From the IMG/VR virus record IMGVR_UViG_3300021197_000748, positions 1-57,038 of that record: a stretch of DNA of 57,038 nt; one strand, given 5' to 3'. The notes beneath the pieces were generated by a model. That model did no database searches, was not told the origin of the DNA, and saw only the letters and a program-made list of their open reading frames with translations. The translations under genes were made by a program, and so were the position numbers. Numbering within the stretch: position 1 is the stretch's first letter; each line of letters begins with the position of its first letter. Shown here one piece after another: positions 47,645 through 56,909 of the stretch. The DNA comes from a virus. Lineage: Duplodnaviria; Caudoviricetes.

Positions 47645-49326
47645 TCGGACCAATCCTTTCCAATCTGGTATTCAGCATCAACAGGCATGGCAAAACCGAG
47701 GCGGTCACCGGCATCAAGAGCCGACTGCACCAACAGCTTGCCAACCTCATCAGCATACTCAGGCGGGCATGAAACCTGAAGCTCATCGTGGACCCACGCC
47801 ATCATCTCGTGCGGAATATCCTTGAGGTACTCCGTAGCGATAACGAGCCACGCCTTGCTGATAACGGCGCCCGCACCCTGCAGGAGGGTGTTGAGTGCCT
47901 TGTGATCCGAGCGGATCAGCACTTCCCGACCATCGAGAAGCTTGAGCTTGCCGGTACGCTTAGCCTTGAACTGCGCAGCCTCGATCAGCTTCTGCAGTGC
48001 GGGGATAGCCTTGAAGAATGATGCCTTCAGTGCCTTACCCTGCTTAGCCTTACCACCGGTGATCGAGCCGATCTTAGCGTCGCCTGCGCCGTAGATGAGG
48101 GCGTAGATGAACGTCTTAGCGTTGGCTCGAGTCGGCAGCCCAGCAGCGTGCTGGTTGGTGGTATGGATATCACCGTTGAGGATCTCGTTAGCATAGGCGC
48201 CCTTATCGTAAGGAGCCATGTAGTGAGCGAGGCAACGGAGCTCGATACCACTGAGGTCGCAGCCGACCTGCACCCAACCATCGGGAGCGGGACCGAACAA
48301 CGCGCGGCAACGCGGGTCGGACGGTACCTGCGCGAGGTTAGGCTGTGAGTGTGAAGCACGGCCGGTAGCCGTACCCTGAGCGTTGGTACGCCCACGGACA
48401 CGACCATCGACAGTACGCTTGATCCAATCGGTAACCATGCCGATCTTCTTGTTGATGTCACGGTACTCGAGCCCGAGCTTCGCCTCGGGGTATGAGAGAG
48501 ACTTGAGCGTCTCTTCATCCACGATGGCGTTACCGCTGTCGGTAACCTCAGGCTTCCATCCGTACTTCTCAGTGAGCCGCTCGGCCCACTGCTTGCTCGA
48601 GCCGGGGTTGAACTCCTCAACCTTAGACTTGAGCTCCTTGCCGGTCTTATCACTGAACCGGCGATGGACCTTAGTTGGGAACACCTCGCGAAGCGTATCC
48701 TCGAGCTCGGCACGGCGTGCCGTCATCTCATACTCGAGCTTCTCGGCGGCATCGGTATCAAACCCGAAGCCAGTGTTACCCATCTTAGCACAGAGCACAG
48801 CAACCTGCTGCTCGAAGTTAACCAGCTTGTGGTTCTCCACGATCCAGCGTTCCTGTGCCTTGAAGATCGAGATGTTGGCAGCGACATCCTGCACGCAGTA
48901 CGTGAGCATATCCTGGCTGAAGATTTCCCAGCCACCATCATAGTCGATCTTGTAGTCACCGACGAACTGTGCCCAGTTGGCGAGCGAGTGGCCCTTCAAC
49001 CCCTTCGGCAGGTTCGTACGGTCGGGGTGCATCAGCCGCCCCACGATCAGCGTGTCGATCAGCTTGCAGGTGGGAGTCCACCCACAGAGCTTCTCGAGCA
49101 CGCGGTTATCATAGTCAATGATGTTGTGGCCGATGATCACATCAGCCTGCTTGAGCAGCTCGACGGCTGCCATGTGCTGTCCGGGCGTGAACTTGAACAC
49201 CTCGTTAGTGTCCACGTCGATGACCACGATACAGTGGATCGTATCCACAGTGGTCTTCATGTTGCCCTTCTTGTCCAGCTCATTGTTCACGAGTCCGTTA
49301 GCTTCGATATCATAGCATAGTCTCAT
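47635..49326 (-). CDS. DNA polymerase, family A (gp5-like)
   Basis: DIEANGL exonuclease, GHNIIDYD, YCVQDV, TGRASHSQPNLAQVP, DLSGIELRCLAHY, RANAKTFIYALIYGAG, VHDE. Confidence 0.98.
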   Translation of the reverse strand: MRLCYDIEANGLVNNELDKKGNMKTTVDTIHCIVVIDVDTNEVFKFTPGQHMAAVELLKQADVIIGHNIIDYDNRVLEKLCGWTPTCKLIDTLIVGRLMHPDRTNLPKGLKGHSLANWAQFVGDYKIDYDGGWEIFSQDMLTYCVQDVAANISIFKAQERWIVENHKLVNFEQQVAVLCAKMGNTGFGFDTDAAEKLEYEMTARRAELEDTLREVFPTKVHRRFSDKTGKELKSKVEEFNPGSSKQWAERLTEKYGWKPEVTDSGNAIVDEETLKSLSYPEAKLGLEYRDINKKIGMVTDWIKRTVDGRVRGRTNAQGTATGRASHSQPNLAQVPSDPRCRALFGPAPDGWVQVGCDLSGIELRCLAHYMAPYDKGAYANEILNGDIHTTNQHAAGLPTRANAKTFIYALIYGAGDAKIGSITGGKAKQGKALKASFFKAIPALQKLIEAAQFKAKRTGKLKLLDGREVLIRSDHKALNTLLQGAGAVISKAWLVIATEYLKDIPHEMMAWVHDELQVSCPPEYADEVGKLLVQSALDAGDRLGFAMPVDAEYQIGKDWSECH

Positions 49327-49338
49327 GATTACTCCTTT

Positions 49339-51078
49339 CTAGAATCCGCCTTCAACCTCTGGGCTGAAGCCAATTGTACCATCATCACCAACCACGAACT
49401 CAGTTTCTTCCATGCGGCCTGATTCGTGATTGAAGAAGATAGCGCTTGCTACACCGGATCGACCATCGAGCCGGTTCTTGAGGACGCGTACGGTCGTGGT
49501 GTTCGCCGTCTTAACGTCAGGGTTCTGACGGTCACGCTCGAGAGCGACAACCGTGTTGGGCACCGACGCGAGAGCGCCGGAACCGCGAAGGTCCTGCATG
49601 GTGATGCGGGAGCCTTCTTCGAAGGACTTGTCAGTCTTCTTGAGCTGGGAGACCACGTCGATGTGGACACCAGTTCGGACCGACAGTGCGCGCATGTCAC
49701 GCATCATGGCATCGATGATGAGCCGCTCTGAAGCGCCACCCTCGACATCCTTGCCCGTCGTATTCATCAGGCCAGCCGCAGCTGCCGTGATGTGGTCGAG
49801 CATGATGACGTCAACACCGAGGCTGACCGCCATATACTCCATGCGAGCCATGAGGTTAGCCATGGCATTGTTACCAAGGTGATCGTAGATGTAGAGGCTC
49901 GTGTCACCGAGCTCCTTACGAGCATTGGCATACTCCTCATCGGTCAGGTCGTCGATGACGTCCATCTCGATCGTGGGCTCACCCATCGACTCGAGCAGCT
50001 GGTTCATCATACGCGTGGACCTGATCTTACGCACCGGCTTGTTGAGGATGAGTGAGATCATGTCATCCATGGTCTCCTCAGGTGATTCCTCGAGCATGAT
50101 CATGCCGACACTGCGACCGGACTTGAGGTGGTGGTGGGTGAGCTCACGCAGGAACGTGGACTTACCGGAACCAGTACCCGAAGCGTAGAGCGTGATCTCG
50201 CCACTACGCTGGCCGGTGAGGAACTTCGTGAGATCCTTGAACGGGAACGGCCACACCTTGCCGGCCGACATATCAGTCGGGCGCTCGGTGATGCTGCTCA
50301 CGTGAAGGATCTCATCAGGTGAGTAAACCTTGGCCTGCCAGATCGCATCAATGATGGATCTGCTGCTGCCCTTGGTCAGACACTCGTTGGCGTCCTTGAA
50401 GGGCAGCGAGGCGATCTTCGCCTTACCGGGCGGGAGGATGTCACAGACAGCCTTCGCCGCAGCTTGACCAGGTTCATCCATATCAAACATCAAGATCACC
50501 TCACCGAACGAGCTCACGAACTCGAGGTTGTTCTTGATATCACGCACCGCGCCGGCCGCACCGTTAGGGAGCGACACGACGGGCCACTTACAATCCTGCA
50601 TCTGCGCCACGGTCAGCGTATCGATCTCACCTTCAGTGATGACGATCTTTTTACCGCCGTTGCCCCACAAGTGCTGCCCGAACAGCTCGCAGCCGCGCGG
50701 GCTGCCTGCCCAGTGGAACGTCTTGTCAGGACCGCGCATGTGCTGTGCGACCAGCGTGCCGTCCTTGAAGTAGTTGGCGATCTCGATATCCTTGTTACGG
50801 ATGTTCGCAGTCTGATAGCCGTACACGCGGCACGCCTTGGTGTCGATGCTACGGTGGTCAAGACTCTTGATCGACCCGCGGTACGTCTTGAACGAGGAAG
50901 GGGGCGGCTCAGAGACCGAGCCGTCCCCCTTTTCGTAGTACTCGCAGGAGAAGCAATAGGCACCACCGTTGCTGTAACGGGCCAGATTATCCTTGGAATT
51001 ATCTCGGCCGGCAGCAGCGCACTTAGGGCACTGCTCTCGACCAACGACCACGCTCTCAGCTTCGGTAATATCGCTCAT
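49339..51078 (-). CDS. Primase-helicase (gp4-like)
   Basis: CPKC...CFSC zinc finger, TEGEID and FDMDEPG TOPRIM, SGTGSGKST, LEES, LDHI, DLRGSG, LERDRQ, VLKNR; start at ATGA overlap. Confidence 0.98.
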   Translation of the reverse strand: MSDITEAESVVVGREQCPKCAAAGRDNSKDNLARYSNGGAYCFSCEYYEKGDGSVSEPPPSSFKTYRGSIKSLDHRSIDTKACRVYGYQTANIRNKDIEIANYFKDGTLVAQHMRGPDKTFHWAGSPRGCELFGQHLWGNGGKKIVITEGEIDTLTVAQMQDCKWPVVSLPNGAAGAVRDIKNNLEFVSSFGEVILMFDMDEPGQAAAKAVCDILPPGKAKIASLPFKDANECLTKGSSRSIIDAIWQAKVYSPDEILHVSSITERPTDMSAGKVWPFPFKDLTKFLTGQRSGEITLYASGTGSGKSTFLRELTHHHLKSGRSVGMIMLEESPEETMDDMISLILNKPVRKIRSTRMMNQLLESMGEPTIEMDVIDDLTDEEYANARKELGDTSLYIYDHLGNNAMANLMARMEYMAVSLGVDVIMLDHITAAAAGLMNTTGKDVEGGASERLIIDAMMRDMRALSVRTGVHIDVVSQLKKTDKSFEEGSRITMQDLRGSGALASVPNTVVALERDRQNPDVKTANTTTVRVLKNRLDGRSGVASAIFFNHESGRMEETEFVVGDDGTIGFSPEVEGGF

Positions 51079-51296
51079 CGCAATCCTTTCTGCACAGCCT
51101 TCCGCCATGCCTTCAGTGTCTCTTCATACTCGGGCGTACCGTGCTCGAGCGATCCCAGTTTGATGCCTAGCTGGTAGGCTTCGCTCTGGGTATTCGTTCG
51201 TGGCACGTCGCCCTTACCACCTTGGCCAGAAACAATCTGGCGCCGGCGTCGATCCGCTTTGGCCTGCTTGTTGTCAGACCATCTATCATCATCCAT
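51075..51296 (-). CDS. Small hypothetical protein
   Basis: MDDDRWSD...GGKGDVPR; GGAG RBS; coupled to primase. Confidence 0.6.
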   Translation of the reverse strand: MDDDRWSDNKQAKADRRRRQIVSGQGGKGDVPRTNTQSEAYQLGIKLGSLEHGTPEYEETLKAWRKAVQKGLR

Positions 51297-51747
51297 CTGC
51301 CATCTCCTTTCCGAGCTTGCGCTCCTTGAAGATTGGGGCATCCGCATACTCAGGGACGACCTTCCAGGCTACGCTGAAGTAGCTGTCTTCCAGAGAGTCG
51401 TTCCATCGCTTGTTGATCGTCTCAGACTGGATCTGCCAGTCATCGATCCACAGGATGTCCGTGCAAGCATCGAGGATAGCCTTACTAAAGTTATCCACGT
51501 CACCTTGCGGGAATGGGAACTTCGACTTCTTGGGGGACGCCGGACGTACCTCTACGGTAATGTCCAGCGGCTCCCACAGGATGTCAAAGTCGGCACACGC
51601 AGCCTCGAGAGGTGCTACCACCTCCTTGCGGAACTGCGTGTACGTCTTCGATCCCCAGCTACCACCGTGCCCGCGGAAGGTTGGCTTCCAGACTGGCTTC
51701 GTAATTGGTTTGATAGGGATCACAATCTTGCCTTCAGGGCGATACAT
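51289..51747 (-). CDS. rusA: RusA-family Holliday junction resolvase
   Basis: GDVDNFSKAILDA...ILWIDDWQI catalytic signature. Confidence 0.9.
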   Translation of the reverse strand: MYRPEGKIVIPIKPITKPVWKPTFRGHGGSWGSKTYTQFRKEVVAPLEAACADFDILWEPLDITVEVRPASPKKSKFPFPQGDVDNFSKAILDACTDILWIDDWQIQSETINKRWNDSLEDSYFSVAWKVVPEYADAPIFKERKLGKEMADG

Positions 51748-52304
51748 CAGAAGGGCAGATCGTCATCACCACCGTCGGTGGCAGGGACGTCCGGTTCTTC
51801 GTCAGCGTCAAACGCCGTGTCAGCAGCAGGCGCAGCAGGAGCTGCGTCAGCCACGTAACCACCCTCGACCACGTCGAAGCCGCTGCCGGCTCCGCCACCG
51901 AAGGTGCTGTTCTTCTCGATGATCTGCACGCCATCGAGGTAGATGCTCAGCGAGTTGTCCCGCTTGATGAGGCACGGACTGAGCAGGAGCCGGACGATGT
52001 CGCCGCTTGCCGCGGTGACGTCAGTGGGCTTGTTCTGCGAGTCCACGCAGGGGAACTTGGTTGCGCCGTTCTTAACCATGATACGGTTCTTGAACTTGAT
52101 GCGCTTGACACCTTCGTCGTTCTCCCAGACGCCGTTAACCTTCTTGGCGCCAGTCTGCTGAACAGCATCCTTGACCTGCTTCTGCAGTTCAGGGGTGATG
52201 TCAACACTGACGTTGAAGTTAGCGCTGTCCTCGCCGAACTTGTCGTCGGGCTTGTGGAGGGTGGAGAAACCGAGGGTGAGCTTTTCAGTAACGAACTTGG
52301 CCAT
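51747..52304 (-). CDS. Single-stranded DNA-binding protein (gp2.5-like)
   Basis: LHKPDDKF, IKFK, SIYLDGVQIIE, GFDVVEGGY, acidic tail DDDLPF; AAGGA RBS before MAKF. Confidence 0.9.
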   Translation of the reverse strand: MAKFVTEKLTLGFSTLHKPDDKFGEDSANFNVSVDITPELQKQVKDAVQQTGAKKVNGVWENDEGVKRIKFKNRIMVKNGATKFPCVDSQNKPTDVTAASGDIVRLLLSPCLIKRDNSLSIYLDGVQIIEKNSTFGGGAGSGFDVVEGGYVADAAPAAPAADTAFDADEEPDVPATDGGDDDLPF

Positions 52305-52352
52305 AGTATTATTCCTTATACTGGGTTTAGTCATCTGACTAGTGGGTGTGAA

Positions 52353-53042
52353 TCAGTACTTCTCGAGCGGCATAGGCTCGAAGATGGGGTACTCTCCGTC
52401 GAGTACCACACCGCAGCCGACAATCGGCTTGCCCGCGTAGATCTTGCTGTAACGCATATACGGGCTGTTGGTTTCGGTTCCGCAGCCTACCTGCATACCG
52501 AACCAACGGTGCTTCTGGTTGGCACCGAAGCTTACTCCTCCTTGTGCGTGGTAGTGTCCACAGACAACCGAGCGATGCTCAGCGTCAGCCTGAGAGCGAG
52601 CAGCGTTGAACACGTTGCTCTTACCCTTGTCGCCGTGTCTGTAGAACACATCATCAATTTCAAGATCCGCGAACCGAGGGTGGACCGTCCAACCCTCCGG
52701 CATATCGAGGATCTCGCCAAGCGTTCGCATGAGCTTGGCAGGGATGCCGACGCCAGTTGCCTGACGGTTCGGCAGGTCTGAGTGATTACCAGTCATATAA
52801 TCAACAACTGGGAACCGCTCATACAGCTCAGTGAGCTGCTCGACCGCCAACTCGATCTCATTCTCGATGTTGGGCAGGTCAGTGTGCTTGAGGTGATAGC
52901 TGATACCATGGAAGTCCACGGCATCTCCGATGTGAACCACACGGTCGCAGTCCCAAGCTGCATAGATATCCTCAAGAAAGTCAGGGTAGTTCTCACGCAT
53001 GGCTGGGGCGTGCGTGTCGCCGATCACGAGTACTCTACTCAT
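52353..53042 (-). CDS. Calcineurin-like metallophosphoesterase
   Basis: IGDTH, HIGDAVD, GNH, HGD, GHYH. Confidence 0.92.
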   Translation of the reverse strand: MSRVLVIGDTHAPAMRENYPDFLEDIYAAWDCDRVVHIGDAVDFHGISYHLKHTDLPNIENEIELAVEQLTELYERFPVVDYMTGNHSDLPNRQATGVGIPAKLMRTLGEILDMPEGWTVHPRFADLEIDDVFYRHGDKGKSNVFNAARSQADAEHRSVVCGHYHAQGGVSFGANQKHRWFGMQVGCGTETNSPYMRYSKIYAGKPIVGCGVVLDGEYPIFEPMPLEKY

Positions 53043-53200
53043 CAGTCGTTCTCCTTGTTAGGGCAGTCCTCGCAGGGTGCGTCACAGCCGTCACACGGCT
53101 TGTTAGGACAGTCGTCACAGATCTCTTCGCAACCTTCACAGGGAAGATTGAGAGCGAAGCGGTCGTAGTTATCGAGGTCAGTCAGTTTGCAGCATCGCAT
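53042..53200 (-). CDS. 52-aa Cys-rich mini-protein
   Basis: Hand translation MRCCKLTDLDNYDRFALNLPCEGCEEICDDCPNKPCDGCDAPCEDCPNKEND*; GGAG RBS; TGATG coupling; fills the gap exactly. Confidence 0.75.
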   Translation of the reverse strand: MRCCKLTDLDNYDRFALNLPCEGCEEICDDCPNKPCDGCDAPCEDCPNKEND

Positions 53201-53442
53201 GGGAGCATCTCCAAAGAGCGGATCATACAGGAAGGGATCTTGTGAACACTAGAACATTCGTCACCACCGATAGTATCGGTCATGGTGATCCAGCCTTCGG
53301 GTTCAGGATCGTAGTAAAGAACGTAGCCAACCGTCTTCATGATCGGTGGCTCGCCAGTGGCGAACTCTCGAGCGTCGTCGAGGTCAACCCAGCCGGGACC
53401 ACCGTGGCTGGAAGCGTCAACCCAAGACACTCGGGCGAACAC
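53182..53442 (-). CDS. Conserved phage hypothetical protein
   Basis: VSWVDA...GW...TVGY...IP..MI pattern; start uncertain (GTG at 53442 assumed). Confidence 0.65.
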   Translation of the reverse strand: MFARVSWVDASSHGGPGWVDLDDAREFATGEPPIMKTVGYVLYYDPEPEGWITMTDTIGGDECSSVHKIPSCMIRSLEMLPCDAAN

Positions 53443-53449
53443 AGGCTCG

Positions 53450-55975
53450 TCAACCGAATAGGTACTCGGATTCGAGGACTCCTCGGATGTCGAGGGTGCC
53501 GCGCTGTGAGTGTGAATGGGCGGGGTGCTCGGCAGGGAGTTGTTCTCCCATGATGACTTCGGCACGGTCCTGAAGTCTCGCGAGCTGGTCGATTTCGTGA
53601 ATCGCATAGAAGGTTTCCTTGATAGAGTCGCGCATCATGGGCACGTAAGGTGCCATGACGCCGTAGGAATCATGAATCATAGAGAAGAACTCGATGCCCT
53701 TAGAAGCAAGGTCATCCACACAGAGGCTCATGTGAGCCGCATCGAGCGAGTGAACGAAGTTGGGCGGCATGGCCGAAGCCGCTGCCTTGGTATCGTGGCC
53801 GTCAACGTAGTATTGGAACCGCAGATCGAACTGCTTGTTCCATATTGTAACGGTGTTGCGCGAGACAACACTAGGCACATACTTGTTGATAACCTTGAAA
53901 CCACTCGGCGTAACCCACGAGAGCGGGGTATCACCGAGCCAACCTGCGAGCAAGGTAACAAACTCCTTGCCATGAGCACAGTGTGCCATCTGCACGGCCT
54001 TTGCCTTACAGATGAGCTTGCCCATCTCAGTACCGGCCGTACGTCGGCTTCCAGCATCAACCCAGTTCATATGCCCTTCGCTGAGCACGTACTTGGTGAC
54101 GCTGTGGTCTGAGATACCATATGGGTCGCACATGACGGATCGCTTGCAGACCTTACGAGGAATGCCGCCGTCCCAGTGCTCGAGAAACTTGATGCGCCAC
54201 GGATTAGGATCATCCGCACACATCTCAGTACAACCATCTGCCACAAGTTGGTAGACATCAGCCGGCTTGGGAGACGGAGTGAGGTTAACCTCGGGGCCAA
54301 CCTTCTCGTCCCGCGTGAGCGCTGCCCAATGCTGGACACCGTTGCACGCACCATCGAGCTGGACAGGAACTTGCGATCTGCCAGTATCGATAGCCATGAT
54401 AAGATCGAAGATCGCTGCCAACCGTTGGAAGGAAGCGTTCTTCTTGGGCGAGTCGTCTTCCCACACATCGGTAGTACCATGTGGGTCAGCGACCACTGCT
54501 CGCCAGTCATCCATGTGATCGTCAACATACTTGACACGATCATCGAACGACACCTTGTCCACACCCATGAGGTTGGCGAGGTTGACCTTGATCCAGTAGA
54601 TGTCCTTAGGTTGGACACTAACTGGCTCGGCTGCCATCAGCAGAGCTTTATCAAGATCGCCACCTTGCGGGTGCAGCAGGTATGAGTCGCTGTAGTAGCG
54701 ACCACGGAAGTCACAGAAGTAAGCGTGCCACAAGGTAAACGACCTGAGCTTGTTGGCTTCCTTGGAGCGGATAATCATCTGCAGGCGCGATGCCTGACCT
54801 TTCGACCATTCACCCCAGCGTACTGCCTTTTCCGCCATCCATGCGGACTTCTCTTGACCATCACCGTCTTCGGGGTAGGGCGGCATCTCTTCGAGTACCG
54901 ACGAATCATAGGCGGGGATAGTGCCGGTTTGGCGGCCGGCTTTCCAAAGGTCATCCATAACCTCGAGCACACGAGCGTTAACTCGCCACTCGCTACGTTG
55001 CAGGGTGTTGATAACTCGACGTGTCTGATCGGACATGCACGAGGGATCAACATCCTGTTCAGTGAACATCTCGTCAGTAGCACGAGCCTTCACCTGAGCG
55101 GTCTTCCGCATCTTGCGGATTGACCAGTCCATCAACCCACCTGCTTCGCCGGGGATGTGATCGACAGGGCGACACACCATTGGCAGACGGTTGGGCAGCA
55201 GCTGAACCATGTACTCGTCGATACGAGTCATTAGATGCTGTACGAGCTCGGGAGCTGGCATGACATACAGTGATACCTTGCGGTTGCGCTTAGTACCCTT
55301 TGCGGTTCGCTTTTCAAGCTCGTCCTTGGACATTTGCTCTTGGATCGGCTCGACCGTAACGAGGTTTGCTTCTCGCGCGAGCCGGAAGATACCATGAGCA
55401 AAAGTGTCCTTCTGCTTTGCAGAAAGCTTAGGAAGGGAATTAACCTTTTCGGCGAAACCATTACGCCGCTTGTTATTCCACTGCTTGAAGAATCTGCTCT
55501 GTTTTCTATACCACTCATACTCTTCTTCCTTAGCCGCCAAGAAGCGGCAAACATCCCAGCAGTTCTCAACAAAACTCCGGCATACCTGCTGTACCTTAGG
55601 AAGCGCCCACGTGTTAGACAGTGGATCATTATCCTTGAATATAGCGCTGGAATAGGTTGATTCCATTAGAGAACGTACGAAGATATATGAGATACGGTCA
55701 GGGCCGAGGTTCCATAGCATATAAGTCCACTGAGGCAAACGGTGCTTAGTGCTATCGCCCTCGCGTTCCTTCATCATCTCTTCAAGAGCGGTATGAAGCC
55801 ACTTAGAAAAGTAGCCGGACCACTCATCGACAACATCGTTGAAAGGCTGTAGATGATCGGTTGGTGTCTCTCTAGTCTTATCCATGATGTCCTGCTTCCA
55901 CTGCTCTTCACGAGCGAGCTGGAGGTTACGCAGCTTGTGTTGTTCTTGCGAACTCATTTTATCCCATTGGTACAT
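53450..55975 (-). CDS. Single-subunit DNA-directed RNA polymerase (T7 gp1-like)
   Basis: PMVCRPVD, DFRGRYY, QLDGACNGVQH, RKVCKRSVMCDPYG, WVTPSGF, PPNFVHSLDA, IHDSYG, SEYLFG; start MYQWD after AAGGAG. Confidence 0.98.
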   Translation of the reverse strand: MYQWDKMSSQEQHKLRNLQLAREEQWKQDIMDKTRETPTDHLQPFNDVVDEWSGYFSKWLHTALEEMMKEREGDSTKHRLPQWTYMLWNLGPDRISYIFVRSLMESTYSSAIFKDNDPLSNTWALPKVQQVCRSFVENCWDVCRFLAAKEEEYEWYRKQSRFFKQWNNKRRNGFAEKVNSLPKLSAKQKDTFAHGIFRLAREANLVTVEPIQEQMSKDELEKRTAKGTKRNRKVSLYVMPAPELVQHLMTRIDEYMVQLLPNRLPMVCRPVDHIPGEAGGLMDWSIRKMRKTAQVKARATDEMFTEQDVDPSCMSDQTRRVINTLQRSEWRVNARVLEVMDDLWKAGRQTGTIPAYDSSVLEEMPPYPEDGDGQEKSAWMAEKAVRWGEWSKGQASRLQMIIRSKEANKLRSFTLWHAYFCDFRGRYYSDSYLLHPQGGDLDKALLMAAEPVSVQPKDIYWIKVNLANLMGVDKVSFDDRVKYVDDHMDDWRAVVADPHGTTDVWEDDSPKKNASFQRLAAIFDLIMAIDTGRSQVPVQLDGACNGVQHWAALTRDEKVGPEVNLTPSPKPADVYQLVADGCTEMCADDPNPWRIKFLEHWDGGIPRKVCKRSVMCDPYGISDHSVTKYVLSEGHMNWVDAGSRRTAGTEMGKLICKAKAVQMAHCAHGKEFVTLLAGWLGDTPLSWVTPSGFKVINKYVPSVVSRNTVTIWNKQFDLRFQYYVDGHDTKAAASAMPPNFVHSLDAAHMSLCVDDLASKGIEFFSMIHDSYGVMAPYVPMMRDSIKETFYAIHEIDQLARLQDRAEVIMGEQLPAEHPAHSHSQRGTLDIRGVLESEYLFG

Positions 55976-56001
55976 GTAGTCTCCTTGTAGCAACAATGAT
56001 A

Positions 56002-56026
56002 TTCTCTTATTACTTCCAGTTGAGAG
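56002..56026 (-). promoter_or_regulatory. Putative phage RNAP promoter, copy 1
   Basis: Minus CTCTCAACTGGAAGTAATAAGAGAA, directly upstream of the RNAP RBS. Confidence 0.65.
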
Positions 56027-56027
56027 A

Positions 56028-56303
56028 TCAGCCTGCCTCCCATGGGTGGATAAAGGTACTGAGCGTCGAGCCATTCCACTTAGGTGGGTTGGCTTTGTTG
56101 CTCGGAGCGCCAGTAAGCTCGAGGAACGACGTCAGCACCTGCTGAGCTCGATCCTTGAACTGAGCCTCACGTCCGCGCAGCCGCAGCGTCACCGAGACGC
56201 CGTTGCCGCTCGTCGCAAACTTGGTGGCCTGCTTGGCCTTTCGCTCCATGTCACGGTCGTCAATACGAGCTGACAGCTGTACATTCTTAGTCTTCGTCTT
56301 CAT
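56028..56303 (-). CDS. infC: Translation initiation factor IF3 C-terminal domain protein
   Basis: KNVQLSARIDDRDMERKAKQATKFATSGNGVSVTLRLRGRE...PKWNGSTLSTFIHP follows the IF3-C pattern (KExxxxxxIxxxDxxxKxxxxxxFLxxGxxVKVxxRFRGRE...PxxEG..xxxxLxP). Confidence 0.88.
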   Translation of the reverse strand: MKTKTKNVQLSARIDDRDMERKAKQATKFATSGNGVSVTLRLRGREAQFKDRAQQVLTSFLELTGAPSNKANPPKWNGSTLSTFIHPWEAG

Positions 56304-56538
56304 CATCATCTCCGTTGAGGTCATCGATCAACTTACGGATCTGCTCTTCGTCGAGATTCTCGAGCATGTCCTGCATGAGGTTGTCATGCCAGTTAGGATC
56401 TTTCTGGTCAAGCACTGCTACGATAGCAGTTAGTGCCGTGTCTTCCTCGAGTGACGTAGTGTCAGTACCGAGAGACTGGAGCATAGCTACAGAGTCATAG
56501 AGATCAAACCAGATATCACCGATTGCGCTTCGAGTCAT
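56287..56538 (-). CDS. Small acidic hypothetical early protein
   Basis: GGAGG RBS; very Asp/Glu-rich; overlaps both neighbours. Confidence 0.65.
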   Translation of the reverse strand: MTRSAIGDIWFDLYDSVAMLQSLGTDTTSLEEDTALTAIVAVLDQKDPNWHDNLMQDMLENLDEEQIRKLIDDLNGDDDEDED

Positions 56539-56908
56539 TCATTGCCTCCTGTATGTGGCGTAGGAAGGTGGAGTCAACGTGCTCCACCATGTAATCATTG
56601 GTCAGCCCGCCTTCTTGCGAGCCTGCATTCTTGATCGAGTGGTAGTAAAAGGCTACCTCGAGCATCGTGTGGGCAATAATCTTCTTGCCACTCATTACCA
56701 CGACCAGCATGAGATCGTCGTCTGACATCTCCTTGCCGGTCATCTCGTATGCCGCTTGCATAGGAGCGGGGATACGCTTGCGGTACTCTTTAACCTCGAG
56801 CTTAGCGCCAAGCAACTTGAACTTGTCAATGTTACTCTTGAGGCAGCGCTCGTAACTGTTGGCCAGTGTACCGCCGAACTTATGGATACGCTTGTTCTTT
56901 TTCTTCAC
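56516..56908 (-). CDS. Hypothetical early protein
   Basis: Probable GTG start at 56908 after GGAG (MKKKNKRIHKFGG...). Confidence 0.65.
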   Translation of the reverse strand: MKKKNKRIHKFGGTLANSYERCLKSNIDKFKLLGAKLEVKEYRKRIPAPMQAAYEMTGKEMSDDDLMLVVVMSGKKIIAHTMLEVAFYYHSIKNAGSQEGGLTNDYMVEHVDSTFLRHIQEAMNDSKRNR

Positions 56909-56909
56909 G

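Noticed and set aside
55976-56074. N-terminal extension of RNAP
   Set aside because: Overlaps IF3-C and the promoter repeat; the RBS supports ATG 55975.
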